DNA from: a virus
Lineage: Duplodnaviria; Caudoviricetes
IMG/VR virus record: IMGVR_UViG_3300031952_000019
Coordinates: 1-56,815 of that record
Strand: one strand, 5' to 3'
Length of the DNA stretch: 56,815 nucleotides
In this document: in pieces, positions 55,504 through 56,815 of the stretch
Numbering within the stretch: position 1 is the first letter of the stretch
How the letters are laid out: each line of letters starts with the position of its first letter
Program-made: the position numbers and the translations under genes
The notes under the pieces: model-generated
Databases searched by the model: none
Seen by the model: the letters and a program-made list of their open reading frames with translations, nothing else
Told to the model about the DNA's origin: nothing

Positions 55504-56087
55504 AACTCTGGGAATATGTTTGGTTTATTAATTTGATAACGTGGTGTAGAAAATGGGGTTGGTTTGACACTTATATTTTTGGTAAGTCAACCAGCATGGA
55601 AGACTTTTGCCGTAACCCTGCAGAGGTATTAAGAGATACTTATTTTCCTTTTATTATAAGGGGTGTTAATGCTTATTCGATTTTTAATTTACGCTGTGGT
55701 TATATCACTTTCAATCGCGTTAGTTCTCCTTTTAATAGTTGGAGTATACCTATGGGCGATCATAAACTTGTTTATGAAAATGGCAAATGGACTTTCTTCG
55801 ATCTACGACTGTTCAACAAATGGTACACGAAGTTTTGCAATAGCATGTTCTTTTTGCAGTTCGCCGTGTCGGTTAAGCACTATATTCCGATTCCGTTCGT
55901 TAGTATTGTCATCAAAATAATTCCATGGTATTTTCAGTTTGATCTGGGTTGGGGTGCAGAAGTTCAGACAGACAAAACATATAATGCAGTATCGTGTCTT
56001 AAGTTTAGATTTGTTAATGAAAAGACTAGCAATGAAGCCATCTTAAACCCAAGTGATGTACTTGGTTACTATGAGGGTACAATATGA
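55500..56087 (+). CDS. aromatic-rich hypothetical protein
   Basis: Long ORF overlapping the upstream stop. Confidence 0.6.
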   Translation: MKLWEYVWFINLITWCRKWGWFDTYIFGKSTSMEDFCRNPAEVLRDTYFPFIIRGVNAYSIFNLRCGYITFNRVSSPFNSWSIPMGDHKLVYENGKWTFFDLRLFNKWYTKFCNSMFFLQFAVSVKHYIPIPFVSIVIKIIPWYFQFDLGWGAEVQTDKTYNAVSCLKFRFVNEKTSNEAILNPSDVLGYYEGTI

Positions 56088-56187
56088 AAGAACTAACAAA
56101 AATATTAGAAGAAATGTAAGGACAAAGTATTTACAGAGTGTATCAGAAGTATGAAATTAATAGAGAGTTTATGTAGGTAAAAATATA

Positions 56188-56325
56188 ATGTTTGCATTAA
56201 ATTTCCTTGTTCTGTTGGTAGTAATACTTGCTGTAATTTATGTTATGCTATATAGCATTATACATTATTTAAGTGCAGAAATTGAAGCTATCTGGAAATG
56301 TATAACTAATGAGAGGAAAGTTTAA
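56188..56325 (+). CDS. small membrane protein (45 aa)
   Basis: Read manually; TAATG overlap with the next gene. Confidence 0.45.
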   Translation: MFALNFLVLLVVILAVIYVMLYSIIHYLSAEIEAIWKCITNERKV

Positions 56326-56815
56326 TGGCCGATGTAAATTTTAAAAACACTGAAGATATTACTTTTGTTAATTCTGATGTTATTTGGTATGGTTTAGCAG
56401 GCACTTTAAGTCTTGATGATACCATATCTCTATCAGATTTAATTACAAAAAATACACATCTTATTAAACAAGATAATATTCTACTAACAGAGGAGTTTAT
56501 TAAATCTATATTACTAAGCAAATCAGACTCTGTAATTCTTTCAGACAACTTTAGCCGGGTAGTTATATTTATTCGATTGGTAGAAGATTCAGGACTATTA
56601 TCTGATAATTTTAGTAAACTAATGACGTTACTAATGACAGTAGAAGATATTGTTACGTTATCTGATGATTTTAATAAAATAACAGAGTTTGTTAAATTAA
56701 TAGAAGATGATATCTCTCTATCTGATGGGTTAGTTAAGAAAGTTGGGAAAGAGTATGATGAGAGTTTAACTCTTTCTGAAGCAATAAAAAAGATTGTGGG
56801 ATTAAATAAATCGGA
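56325..56815 (+). CDS. repeat-built filament/fibre protein, partial (runs off the window end)
   Basis: Not in the ORF track. GAGG RBS; 18-20 aa repeats D.h.LSD.h.K (DDTISLSD, SDSVILSD, EDSGLLSD, EDIVTLSD, EDDISLSD, DESLTLSE). Confidence 0.75.
   Translation, partial: MADVNFKNTEDITFVNSDVIWYGLAGTLSLDDTISLSDLITKNTHLIKQDNILLTEEFIKSILLSKSDSVILSDNFSRVVIFIRLVEDSGLLSDNFSKLMTLLMTVEDIVTLSDDFNKITEFVKLIEDDISLSDGLVKKVGKEYDESLTLSEAIKKIVGLNKS

Noticed and set aside
1-56815. Stop-codon reassignment, tRNAs, introns or inteins, integrase
   Set aside because: Core genes are full length in the standard code and use all three stop codons; no tRNA, intron, intein or recombinase was recognised by eye

Overview
The window is a 56.8-kb AT-rich segment of a tailed dsDNA phage with a contractile tail (DUF1073 portal, DUF2213 protease, DUF2184 capsid, DUF3383 sheath type), truncated at both ends. 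Bases 1-5.7 kb are a leftward block of small early genes that ends in a partial SF2 helicase. The block is driven by a consensus sigma70 promoter, and a ~100-bp promoter/boxA-like/stem-loop element occurs twice. From ~6.1 kb every gene reads rightward: terminase, head, neck, tail, baseplate, tail fibre, then a lysis cassette. An embedded lipoprotein o-spanin in that cassette implies a diderm host. A ~22-kb accessory late region follows, with two glycosylation clusters, a giant mosaic fibre, a double RCC1 propeller, a second endolysin and further fibre-like genes. The most unusual element is a large subunit of an adenosylcobalamin-dependent acyl-CoA mutase. It has a non-canonical active-site signature and no B12-binding domain, and it lies between an LbH acyltransferase and a truncated DegT aminotransferase, upstream of a run of glycosyltransferases and a methyltransferase. 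This is a candidate pathway for an amino sugar carrying a rearranged acyl group, probably used to glycosylate the virion. All family assignments come from motif recognition by eye; no searches were run.
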